A stretch of 64,000 nt of DNA, taken from positions 25,103,821 to 25,167,820 of the forward strand of contig NC_092379.1 in assembly GCF_030028105.1 (NCBI RefSeq), read 5' to 3'. Shown here one piece after another: positions 10,141-21,648 of this stretch (the stretch's first letter is position 1; every line of letters starts with the position of its first letter). The stretch comes from Mobula birostris. Lineage: Eukaryota. A program made the translations under genes and the position numbers. The notes under the pieces are model-generated. The model was not told the origin of the DNA and made no database searches. It worked only from the letters and a program-made list of their open reading frames with translations.

Positions 10141-13100
10141 TAGAATCATAGAGAAGTAGATCAAGTAAATACGGTCCTTGGCACATGTAGTCCATATCAA
10201 AATAATTTAATCTTCGTATTCCGATTCAGATGCAACGAGACCATATGGCTCCATGATGCTGCTACCCATGTACCATTCCTAACTTTTCCTACATGGTCCA
10301 ATTGTGCTCACATGGAGCACGTTCAGGCAGCTGATTCCACACTCTCTCAAGCCTCTGAGTGAAAACGCCTTCCTCCAGGTTCCACTCAATCTGCTCATAT
10401 CTCACCCTTAAGCATGACCTCTGTTTGTAGACCTACCAATCTCGTTGGCAAAGCGCGTGCTTTCATTGATCCTATCTTCTCTCCTCATAATTGTATATAA
10501 ATGTACCACAATTGCCCTCAATCTTATACGTTCAAAAAGTACAGCCCTAGCCTATTGCTGTGTTCCTTACAGGTCAGTTCCTGCAGACTATGAAACATCG
10601 TTCTAAAATGTATCTTTACTCGTTCGACCTTGATTAAATATCTCTTGTAGATAGGTAACACAAATTGCAAATAATACTCCAAATTAGGCATCATTGGCGT
10701 CTTATGTAATTCCTGTATCACGTCTATACTCAATGTACGAATGCCAAGTTGCCATTAGATTTACTTCTGACGCCATCGAATTGTGACGCCGCTGTCAACG
10801 AATTAGGTACCTGTATTCTCAGATATACTTGTTCTACCACAGGCTTCAGTGCACTACCATTCACTGTATAAGACCTCTCCTGTTGGTCTAAACGGATTGC
10901 AATACTTCGCAGGTGCCGCCATTAAGTTCCATATCCGATCGTGTAGCTCATTTTTTTTCCAGCTGATACATATCCCGCTGAAAGCCATCAAATCATCCTC
11001 TACACCCAGAGTCATGGTGTAATCCTCAAATTTCCTGATCCGGTTGATCACAACATCATCCATATCGATAAAAAATGAATGGCAAACAATAAATAACCGA
11101 GCACAGATCCATGTGAATCACCGCTAGTCACAGACCTTCAGTCATAGAGCCATACTCTACTTTCTCTGGCTTCTCCCACAAAACGAATGTCGAGTAACAT
11201 TTCCTACTAAATACTTTAGGAGAGACTGAACCTTCCTACCCAGCCTCCCATGCGGGACACTACTAAGTATCTTACTGAAGTCCACGGTGACAAGATGCGC
11301 TGTCTTTTTTTTTTTTTTTACCAATTTTCCGTAACTTCCTCGATAAACTATATATTTGGTTGGACATGATGTACCACGCACGGAGCCATGCTCCCTATCA
11401 GTCTACGTCTATCCAAATACTTATATATTCGGAACCATAGAATACCTTCCAGTAGTTTGCCGGGAACTATTGTCAGACTGAACGTCCTACAATTTCATGA
11501 TCTCTGTTTAGGACATAGTTTAGAAACAAATAAAAAAAAAAAAAAAAAAAAAAAAAGAAACGTTGGCTATCATCCAATCATTAGGTACCGCTCCTTTTTT
11601 AATGAAGTTTTGAATATCATTGCGTGCTCCCACAATATCTGAACTTCGAATCGGAAGAACACCTTGCCAGGCCCTGCAGAGCTCTCAACACTGATATACC
11701 TCAGGGTAGCAAACACCACCTCCTCTGTCATTTGTTCAGTGTCCATGAAGTTGCTATATCTTTGCCGCCTTTTAGAGATTGCATATCCATTTCAGAAGTA
11801 AATACAGATGCAAACGATCGATATACGATTCTCCATATATGGTTTAGCTCCACATAACGACTATCATTCTTGTCATCTAAAGGACTATTCTTGTCCCTTG
11901 CAAACCATTCCGAGTTAACATAAATGAACACCATAGTGTTCTCCTTCGCCTTTCTTGCTAGAGCAGTTCTATGTATTATTTTTGCTTTCCTCACTTCTTT
12001 GTTAATGGTTATCATGCATTTGTTGTGCTCCATAAAAAATCAGACTTGTTCCTACCTGATAGACTTGCTATGCACTTCATTTTTGTAACCAGCACATCCT
12101 GCTTCTTAAATCCCTCCGTCTCTGTCGCTTCTGAAACAGCGGAACTCCTGATTCTTGTGCTACCAGTCCTCGTTGTTCTGTAACCAGGTCGCACAGATGA
12201 CTACAACGTCACCATTCCAGGTTATAATTCATGTCCTGAGCTCATCCACCTTACCTGCTTCTTTACATGAAATATAGACAGATCAGGATTTTGGGTGTGT
12301 CACTCTCAATCCTTTTGATTCCTGAGCTTGATAAGGTCTCACCGACATCTGCCTGCACAACTTCTTCGATAGCTATGATGGTTCCCTCGTTCGCACCCCT
12401 CTGCAGAAATAAGTTAAGACCCAAGTGAATAACTAACAAAAATTTCCATTCGGTTATTAGCTCCGCTCAAGTTCAGGTACAAACCTGTAGTGTTCCCGAC
12501 TTCCCTGGAAGACAGCCCTATGACTAAAACATCTTAATACGTCTTTCGATACACTACGAACTATTTTGCATAGTGTTAAACTGTAGAATCTTATTAGTTA
12601 TGTATTCTTCAGAACGTAACACCCGTAGCAATACTTAGATCACACCTTGAAGGTTCTGGCCTTTCACTTTCTACATATCTCCCTGAGCTTGCTATGCCAA
12701 ACGACGTCATTCGTCTTGCCCGTGTCGATTGGTTACCTACATGGACCACACGTTTTAGCTGTTCGCTTGCCAGGAATGCTTAGGACCTGATTCGAGACAT
12801 CCTAGTCCTGGCACCCTGAAGTAAACAGACCATCAAAGAATCTCGTTTTAGCCCACAGAACCTCCTGACTGTTTCCTAAACTAACGGATACTCTACCGCC
12901 ATAGCGTGCCTCTACTCACTTCCTACCTTCTAAGTAACGGAGATTGATGCATTATCAGATATCCGACCACTGACACTTGCCTCTGTTGGGTCACCCGCTG
13001 ACCAACAGTATAGAAAGTGACATACCTGTCGTTGAGGAGATTCACCATAGGGGAACATCACACTCTCTCCTTAACTACTTTCTACCTCTTGACAGTCACT

Positions 13101-13500
13101 GAATTTTCTGCGCCCTGAACCATGTACATATCTACCTCCCTGTCAGTCCTATCTATCACCAATTCAGCCACCGAATTATCTAGATTGCATCCAGATCCAA
13201 TTCTAACTCTTAAATGTGGGTTATTCAAAGCTTCAGATGGCTGCACCTCGCACAATTTTCGTCATCCAGGACAATGGATGTCTGCCTGTTTTCTCAGAAT
13301 CCGCAAGAGGAGCCTCACAATATGTTGTTTGGTATATCGACTGTCCCAACTGATCACATATAAGGAAGGGGAGAGAAAAAAAAAATAATCTTCACCTGTA
13401 GATTATTTTTCTTGCTTTCTCTAAATGTTGCCTCGAAGAGCTAAAGCCTCAGGATTACCGTTATGATTTTGTTGATACAGAAGACGTCACTGCGATGATG
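10141..13500 (-). mobile_element. CR1 LINE, long, old, internally deleted
   Basis: The 3' tail TAGAATCATAG is at 10141. Decayed RT, endonuclease, SGNH-ORF1 (~12500-12900) and zinc-finger ORF1 (~13150-13330) segments follow on the minus strand. Confidence 0.75.
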
Positions 13501-13569
13501 GGCACTGCGCTTGGCACTGGCTTACCTCAATATGATTTTACGAATAAAACCGAAACGCTGATTGGTCGC

Positions 13570-14420
13570 TGATCAACAGTTCAGCAATTTTTTGGTGCGT
13601 ATCAAATATTTTTATTTTACAATATACAACCTGAAATACTTACTGTCTGCAGACAATCACGACAGAGAATAATACTCCCAAAATTAAAAAGCAAAAAGTA
13701 AGAATCCCAAAACTCCTGCCCCCTTCCACGTACAAGTATCAACTAAAACATCAACTCCTCCCTTCACCCTTCCGATTTATGCTGGCAATCCAACCATCCA
13801 CCGTGTCAGCCCGATTAACGCTTTCTTATTTTTTTTATATATCTGAGTTCCAACATAGTGCTTCAGTAGTCAAGTTCTCCAGGCAGTCCTGATGGAGCTC
13901 AGCCGTGACATTTAACTTTACTCGTAACTCCACAGCCCTCCTTTAATCTCTCTCGTCTGTCGCGTCAAAAATATTGCAAGCTGGTAGGTTTAAGCTGATA
14001 GTCGTGCCCCTCCTACAATAAAGTCTTACGAATGTCATGAAAGTCATAATTTCAGGTGCCCATCCATGCACTGAACACATCCGCCTATCGTATGATAATT
14101 CTTGTATTGAAATTTACAGAGCTCAAGATGATAGATGCATCATGCGTAACAGTTAATTGCTGTCATTGTCTGAGGTAATGCCAGTATCTGCTTCCACAAC
14201 CTTCCCTCGAAGTATTGAGGCCCTCAGATACGCAACCCGGGCAACTCTATTTTGCGTCCTGCCTTGTAGCATAAACAAACATTTCCACTTAGAAATTAGC
14301 CCAGTTGAGGTTCAAACGGTCCCTTGCAGTCTGACTGCACATTCCCTGAAAGAGAGCCTGATGGTCCAACATCCTTATGTTGTCCCTCCTATTCCAAATC
14401 GGGAGCAACGTTTTTAATTG
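13570..14420 (-). mobile_element. L1/Tx1-type ORF1 fragment
   Basis: NRRDNIRM (RRxNIRI motif) occurs in ORF 14289-14507, with a decayed YPAKLRIF-like segment downstream. Confidence 0.5.
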
Positions 14421-14422
14421 CA

Positions 14423-15560
14423 TTATAGAAACATAGAAACATAGAAAATAGGTGCAGGAGTAGGCCATTCGGCCCTTCGAGACTACACCGCCATTTATTA
14501 TGATCATGGCTGATCATCCAACTCAGAACACCGCCCCAGCCTTCCCTCCATACCCCCTGACCCCCGTAGCCACAAGGGCCATATCTAACTCCCTCTTAAA
14601 TATAGCCAATGAACTGGCCTCAACTGTTTCCTGTGGCAGAGAATTCCACAGATTCATCACCCTCTGTGTGAAGAAGTTTTTTCCTAATCTCGGTCCTAAA
14701 AGCACTGAGATCCAGGAATATTGAGAATCCATTCCTGCGCTGGTGCCAGCCAAGTCTCTGTAATGGCCACTACATCATAATTCCATGTATGTATCCAAGC
14801 TCTCAGCTCATCACCTTTGTTCCTGATGCTTCTGCATTGAGGTAAACACATTTCAGCCCTTCTAACTTACTGTCTTTACCGAGTTAATTCTGTTTATCTT
14901 TCCACAATGTCTCTCTATATGTTAGATCTGGCTTTACTCCGTGCACTTCTTTCACTGCTCTAACTTTCTGGGTCCCATCCCCCTTGCAAATTAGTTTAAA
15001 CCCTCCTGAACCATGCCAGAGAACCTACCTGCAAGGATATTGCTCCCCCTCGAGTTCAGGTGCAAACCATCCAATCTCTACAGGTCCTACCTTTCCCAGA
15101 AGCGATCTCAACGATCCAAAAATCTAAAACCCTGTTCCCTGCACCAACACCTCAGCCACGCATTCAACTGCCATCCCCTCCAATTCTTACCATCACTGTT
15201 ACGTAGCACTGGCAGCAATCCTCAGAACGCCACCCTTGAGGTCCTGTTCTTCAGCCATCTGCCTAGTTCCTGAAACTCACACTTCAGGACCTGAGACATC
15301 CAGGACCCTTGCACGCGGGAGGTAACAAACCATGCGGGTGTCCTTCTCATGTCCACAAAATCTCCTGTCTGCTCCCCTGACTATAGAGTCTTCAATGATG
15401 ACGGCACTCCTCTTCTCCGTCCCACGCTTCTGCCCCACCAGGTCAGACTTAGTGCCGGAGGTCCTGCCACCGTGGCTCACACCTGGTCGGTCGTCCCCGC
15501 CAACAGTATCCAGGACGGTAAAGTTATTATGGCCAGCAGAGCTGCCAATACCCATTATTG
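14423..15560 (-). mobile_element. CR1 LINE with large internal deletion (SGNH ORF1 and endonuclease start fused to the 3' end)
   Basis: ORF1 has AVIIEDSIVRGADRRFCG. The ORF1 end EGLN* is at ~14991 and the endonuclease start GLKCVYLNA at ~14850. There is an abrupt jump at ~14700 to the 3' end (RVMNLWNSLPQETVEA) with a TAGAAACATAGAAACATAGAAA tail. Confidence 0.85.
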
Positions 15561-15904
15561 GTGCGATAAGTTTACTTTTCCTGCCATGCAGAAAAGTATA
15601 CTCTACTAAGGTAGTATAGACAGAGTTAATTTATTCTCGGTGAGCATATATAAATTAAAATATGTTAAAACAAATTTTAGTCTCTCATATGATTTCAAAC
15701 TTAGCTTGAGTCATTGAGTCATTATCTGGTGTTTCAAACATTATAAAACATCTACAAAGTATAAAAAATTTCCTTGACTCAAACTGTAAGCAAAAAAAAA
15801 TAAGCATGAAGCATCTACAAAATACAAAAGATAATAATAGCTCAAAAAAGACAAAGACTTCCAAAAGGCGCGTATTCTTCCCGTAAACTAAGATACATAA
15901 CAAT

Positions 15905-16020
15905 AATGCAGAAATAAAAGATGTTTACAACAGAATTCTGCAGATGCTGGAAATTCAAGCAACACACATCAAAGTTGCCTGTGAACGCAGCAGGCCAGGC
16001 AGCATCTGTAGGAAGAGATG
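15905..16020 (+). repeat. Penelope-like element terminal fragment
   Basis: CTGCAGATGCTGGAAATTCAAGCAACACACATCAAAGTTGC...GGCCAGGCAGCATCT; related text occurs at 44270, 57630 and (reverse) 29030-29100. Confidence 0.55.
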
Positions 16021-16152
16021 TTTAACAGCGAGCATTAACCAGCGACGAAGTATGTTTGACCAGCAACGAATACAGACATCTGAAGCTTGAGATTAATAGA
16101 ATTTCACTCAGACACTGTCTGATTAGAAAGGAATCAGGGAGTCGTCACTGTA

Positions 16153-16156
<4 letters not shown>

Positions 16157-16187
<31 letters not shown>
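16157..16187. repeat. (ATT)n microsatellite
   Basis: Direct inspection. Confidence 0.95.
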
Positions 16188-16419
16188 TTATTATTAGCTG
16201 CGAGCAATCCGCGCTTGAAATTCAATAACAATGACAAATTAAAGGAAGACAGAAGCAAACGCAATGGCCGACGTCGCAGCGGCCACAGTTGAAGCAGTCA
16301 GACTGCTGATGTTCAAGCTTTTGTTCCTCGGAGCTGCAGCAAAAAAGTCAGACAAAACAAAGAAAAACATAGCCCAATGTGACTTTTTTGTTTCTCTTTC
16401 TCCTCTTTATATGTATACA

Positions 16420-17720
16420 GTTAGGACTGTAGAATAACAGAGACGATAGTGGAATGACACTCCTGCGGAACGTGGAATGGCAGGGAGACCTGCAGTCCCA
16501 AGACGACTACAACTGTGAGGTACATCCATTTGCAGCTTCTGACAGTCTGCGTTAATCAACGACCTGCAAGTAGATGAAGTCCAGATCAAGCTGAAGGCTG
16601 AAGAAGTGATAGTTAGAATAGATTAGATTAGATTAGATTATGAGGACACGCAAGCCTCTTTTATTGTGATTTAATAATGCGTGCATTAAGAAATGATACA
16701 ATATATCTCCGGTGTGATATCACAGAAACACAGGACAGGCCAAGACGGAAAAAAAAAAACTAACAAAACCACATAATTATTACACATAGTTACAACAGTG
16801 CAACAATACCAGAACTTGATGAAAAACAGTCCATGGCACAGTAAAAAAGTTCAAAGTATCTCGAAAGTCCCATATCTCCCGCGGGCGGGAGAAGGAAGAA
16901 AACTCTCCCTGGCATGCCCGACCACAGTCCCACTCTGAGTCGTCCGAAAACTTCGAGCTCTGATCAGCCCTCCGACAACGAGTACCGAGCACCACTCTAA
17001 CCGAACGCTTTGACCTCAGCCTCAGTCGCCAGCAGAAGGCAAACCAGGGATTTTGAGGCCCTCCTACCGGAGATTCTCGATCGCACAGTAGCAACAACAG
17101 CGAACCAGGAATTTCAGAAATTTCTCCAGATGTTCCTCTGCTTCTCAGGTCTGTCTTCATCGAACCAGAGTTGTCCACGGCCCCTATTTAACAGATACGA
17201 TATCATTTCACCAGGGAGCTTAGCGCGCTGCGTCGCGCTGCCATCTTCTCCTCCGGCCTCTAGATAGCTAATCACACCCACGGTGTCGTACAGAGGAAAC
17301 TGGGTGACATTCAGGTAGGAGAGATGGGCCATTGTGCCAATGCAAATTAGCTATATAGACGCTCCACTCAGAAAAGCTATCTGTTGAGGGGGCACTTGTT
17401 AAACCAACAATGGAAAGTCACAGTGCCTGGTCTGTGGAACTGCATCTGTTTCTATGCTACAGAAGGGAACCAGGAGAAGATGCATGGTGTGGTGATAAGG
17501 AATTACTAGACAGGGTATCTTACAGGAGCTTCTGTGGGCAAGAACGAGATAACCGGATGGTCTGATACCTCCCAAGTGCCATGCTACGGCAAATTGCCAA
17601 TTGGATCCAAAGCATTCTTAAGTAGGCGAGCAAACAGCTGGACGTAGTGGTACAGGTACCAATGACATGGAAATTTCAAGTGACGGGGTTCTACATTATG
17701 CTTTAAGTGAGTTTGGTGCT
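16420..17720 (+). mobile_element. Old CR1 ORF1 remnant interrupted by a non-autonomous retroposon
   Basis: Zinc-finger part (…GGAATGGCAGGGAGACC…TACAACTGTGAGG…CAGCTTCTG) is at 16450-16610. A decayed SGNH part (GTAGTGGTACAGGTACCAATGACATGG) is at ~17520-17700. Confidence 0.55.
16616..17262 (-). mobile_element. Non-autonomous Rex/L2-like retroposon (~650 nt)
   Basis: On the minus strand it has a GC-rich head (AAGATGGCAGCGCGACGCAGCGCGC), an AATAAA-containing 3' end and a (CTAAT)n tail. It is flanked by GATAGTTA (16608-16615) and GATAGCTA (17263-17270). No RT motifs. Confidence 0.6.
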
Positions 17721-17890
17721 ATTTAAAACTGCAGGACCGCCAGGAATTTCTTCACAGGATTCCTAGCCATGCCATGTGTTCAGGAGGCCAGAACAAGAAA
17801 GATAACGGGCTCAACGGGCTTAGGCGGAAACAGGCGAGGCGAGGGAGGTTTGACATTCATTTTGTGTTGTTATTTGAGGAGAGGGGCAGT

Positions 17891-18827
17891 ATGAGTGTGA
17901 GGGCAGTTTGCTGTTCTCGGTGTCGGATGTGGGAGGCCCTGGAGTCTACAAGTCTCCCTGACGTCTACATCTGCGCCAAGTGCATCGAGATGCAGCTCCT
18001 TAGGGACCGCGTTACGGAACTGGAGCTGCAGCTCGATGACCTTCGCCTGGTCAGGGAGAGTGAGGAGGTGATAGAGAGGAGTTGCAGGCAGGTGGTCACG
18101 CCGGGGCCACGGGAGGCAGACAAGTGTGTCACGGTTAGGAGGGGGAAGGGGAAAGGTCAGGTAATAGGGAGTACCCCGGTGGCTGTGCCCCTTAACAACA
18201 GGTATTCCTGTTTGAGTACTGTTGGGGGGGGACAGCTTACCCGGGGGAAGCGACAGTGGCCGTGCCTCCGGCACAGAGTCCGGCCCTGTAGCTCAGAAGG
18301 GTAGGGCAAGGAAGAGGAGGGCAGTTGTGATAGGGGACTCGATAGTAAGGGGGTCAGATAGGCGATTCTGTGGACGCAGTCCAGAGACCCGGATGGTAGT
18401 TTGCCTCCCTGGTGCCAGGGTCCGGGATATTTCTGATCGTGTCCAAGATATCCTGAAGTGGGAGGGTGAGGAGCCAGAGGTCGTGGTACATATAGGTACC
18501 AATGACATAGGTAGGAAAAGGGATGAGGTCCTGAAAGGAGAATATAGGGAGCTAGAAAGGGAGTTGAGAAAAAGGACCGCAAAGGTAGTAATCTCGGGAT
18601 TACTGCCTGTGCCACGCGGCAGTGAGAGTAGGAATGCGATGAGGTGGAGGATAAATGCGTGGCTGAGGGATTGGAGCAGGGGGCAGGGATTCAAGTTTTT
18701 GGATCATTGGGACCTCTTTTGGCGCAGGCGTGACCTGTACAAAAAGGACGGGTTGCACTTGAATCCTAGGGGGACCAATATCCTGGCAGGGAGATTAGCG
18801 GGGGCTACTGAGGTGACTTTAAACTAG
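17891..18827 (+). pseudogene. CR1 ORF1 (zinc finger/leucine zipper plus SGNH/GDSL esterase), +1 frameshift in a G8 run
   Basis: MSVRAVCCSRCRMW...YICAKCIEMQLLRDRVTELELQL, then VIGDSIVRG, HIGTND and DGLHLN. The frames join if the G8 at 18224-18231 were G7. Confidence 0.9.
18818..18827 (+). promoter_or_regulatory. Candidate -1 programmed ribosomal frameshift site T TTA AAC TAG
   Basis: An X XXY YYZ heptamer in ORF1 phase (TTA 18819-21, AAC 18822-24, TAG 18825-27). The -1 frame (TTT AAA CTA GAA TGG TTG...) is the ORF2 frame and is open to 19957. Confidence 0.55.
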
Positions 18828-21562
18828 AATGGTTGGGGGGTGGGAATCAAATTAAAGAGGCTAGGCGTGACGAGGGTAGTTCACTACAGGGGGATGGGAA
18901 CCAGTGCAGAGAGGCAGAGGGGTGTAAAGTGAGGGTAGAAACAAAAAGTACTATGGAGAAAAGTAAAAGTGGCAGGCCGACAAAACCAGGGCAAGCATTA
19001 AAAAGGGCCACTTTTCAGCATAATTGTATAAGGGCTAAGAGAGTTGTAAAAGAGCGCCTGAAGGCTTTGTGTGTCAATGCAAGGAGCATTCGTAATAAGG
19101 TGGATGAATTGAAAGTGCAGATTGTTATTAATGATTATGATATAGTTGGGATCACAGAGACATGGCTCCAGGGTGACCAGGGATGGGAGCTCAACATTCA
19201 GGGATATTCAATATTCAGGAGAGATAGACATGGAGGAAGGGGAGGTGGGGTGGCGTTGCTGGTTAAAGAAGAGATTAACGCAATAGAAAGGAAGGACATA
19301 AGCCGGGAAGATATGGAATCGATATGGGTAGAGCTGCGTAACACTAAGGGGCAGAAGACGCTGGTGGGAGTTGTGTACAGGCCACCTAACGGTAGTAGTG
19401 AGGTCGGAGATGGTATTAAACAGGAATTTAGAAATGTGTGCAATAAAGGAACAGCAGTTATAATGGGTGACTTCAATCTACATGTAGATTGGGTGAACCA
19501 AATTGGTAAAGGTGCTGAGGAAGAGGATTTCTTGGAATGTATGCGGGATTGTTTTTTGAACCAACATGTCGAGGAACCGACTAGAGAGCAGGCTATTCCG
19601 GACTGGGTTTTGAGCAATGAGGAAGGGTTAATTAGCAATCTTGTCGTGAGAGACCCCTTGGGTAAGAGTGACCATAATATGGTGGAATTCTTCATTAAGA
19701 TGGAGAGTGACATAGTTAATTCAGAAACAAAGGTTCTGAACTTAAAGAGGGGTAACTTTGAAGGTATGAGACGTGAATTAGCTAAGATAGACTGGCAAAT
19801 GACACTTAAAGGATTGACGGTGGATATGCAATGGCAAGCATTTAAAGGTTGCATGGATGAACTGCAACAAATGCTCATCCCAGTTTGGCAAAAGAATAAA
19901 TCAAGGAAGGTAGTGCACCCGTGGCTGACAAGAGAAATTAGGGATAGTATCAATTCCTAAGAAGCAGCATACAAATTAGCCAGAGAAAGTGGCTCACCTG
20001 AGGACTGGGAGAAATTCAGAGTCCAGCAGAGGAGGACAAAGGGCTTAATTAGGAAGGGGAAAAAAGATTATGAGAGAAAACTGGCAGGCAACATAAAAAC
20101 GGACTGTAAAAGCTTTTATAGATATGTAAAAAGGAAAAGACTGGTAAAGACAAATGTAGGTCCCCTGCAGACAGAAACAGGTGAATTGATTATGGGGAGC
20201 AAGGACATGGCAGACCAATTGAATAATTACTTTGGTTCTGTCTTCACTAAGGAGGACATAAATAATCTTCCAGAAATAGTAGGGGACAGAGGGTCTAGTG
20301 AGGTGGAGGAACTGAGCGAAATGCATGTTAGTAGGGAAGTGGTGTTAGGTAAATTGAAGGGATTGAAGGCAGATAAATCCCCAGGGCCGGATGGTCTGCA
20401 TCCCAGGGTGCTTAAGGAAGTAGCCCAAGAAATAGTGGATGCATTAGTGATAATTTTTCAAAACTCGTTAGATTCTGGACTATTTCCTGAGGATTGGAGG
20501 GTGGCTAATGTAAATCCACTTTTTAAAAAAGGAGGGAGAGAGAAACCGTGGAATTATAGACCGGTTAGCCTAACGTCGGTGGTGGGGAAACTGCTGGTGT
20601 CAGTTATGAAGGATGTGATAACAGCACATTTGGAAAGCGGTGAAATGATCGGACAAAGTCAGAATGGATTTGTGAAAGGAAAATCATGTCTGACGAATCT
20701 CATAGAATTTTTTGAGGATGTAACTAGTAGAGTGGATAGGGGAGAACCAGTGGATGTGGTATATTTGGATTTTCAGAAGGCTTTTGACAAGGTCTCACAC
20801 AGGAGATTAGTGTGCAAACTTAAAGCACACGGTATTGGGGGTAAGGTATTGGTGTGGGGGGAGAGTTGGTTAGCAGACAGGAAGCAAAGAGCGGGAATAA
20901 ACGGGACCTTTTCAGAATGGCAGGCGGTGACTAGTGGGGTACCGCAAGGCTCAGTGCTGGGACCCCAGTTGTTTACAATATATATTAATGACTTGGATGA
21001 GGGAATTAAATGCAGCATCTCCAAGTTTGCGGATGACACAAAGCTGGGTGACAGTGTCAGCTGTGAGAAGGATGCTAAGAGGATGCAGGGTGACTTGGAT
21101 AGGTTGGGTGAGTGGACACATTCATGGCAGATGAAATTTAATGTGGATAAATGTGAAGTTATCCACTTTGGTGGCAAAAATAGGAAAACAGATTATTATC
21201 TGAATGGTGGCCGATTAGGAAAAGGGGAGGTGCAACGAGACCTGGGTGTCATTATACACCAGTCATTGAAAGTGGGCATGCAGGTACAGCAGGCGGTGAA
21301 AAAGGCGAATGGTATGCTGGCATTTATAGCGAGAGGATTTGAGTACAGGAGCAGGGAGGTACTACTGCAGTTGTACAAGGCCTTGGTGAGACCACACCTG
21401 GAGTATTGTGTGCATTCTTGGTCCCCTAATCTGAGGAAAGACATCCTTGCCATAGAGGGAGTACAGAGAAGGTTCACCAGATTGATTCCTGGGATGGCAG
21501 GACTTTCATATGAAGAAAGACTGGATGAGCTGGGCTTGCACTCGTTGGGGGGATCTGATTGA
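18818..21562 (+). pseudogene. CR1 ORF2 (APE endonuclease plus reverse transcriptase), disrupted
   Basis: Motifs LCVNARSIRNK, GITETW, MGDFN, SDHN, KSPGPDG, YLDFQKAFDKV, GVPQGSVLGP and FADDTK are present. A single in-frame TAA is at 19958-60 (ORFs 18833 and 20186 are in the same frame), and a short deletion/frameshift lies at ~21547. Confidence 0.93.
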
Positions 21563-21648
21563 AACGTATAAGTTCCTAAGGGGATTGGACAGGCTAGATG
21601 CAGGAAGATTGTTCCCGATGTTGGGGAAGTCCAGAACGAGGGGTCACA

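Larger units (their letters stand above)
17790..21648 (+). mobile_element. Near full-length, young CR1 LINE (3' end lost)
   Basis: It has a 5' UTR, ORF1 (ZnF plus SGNH) and ORF2 (APE endonuclease plus RT) with few lesions, and is truncated after ...GAGGGGTCACAG. Confidence 0.95.

Noticed and set aside
17870-21477. Antisense ORFs over the CR1 (e.g. 19198-19953, 251 aa)
   Set aside because: Shadow ORFs of purine-rich LINE coding sequence.
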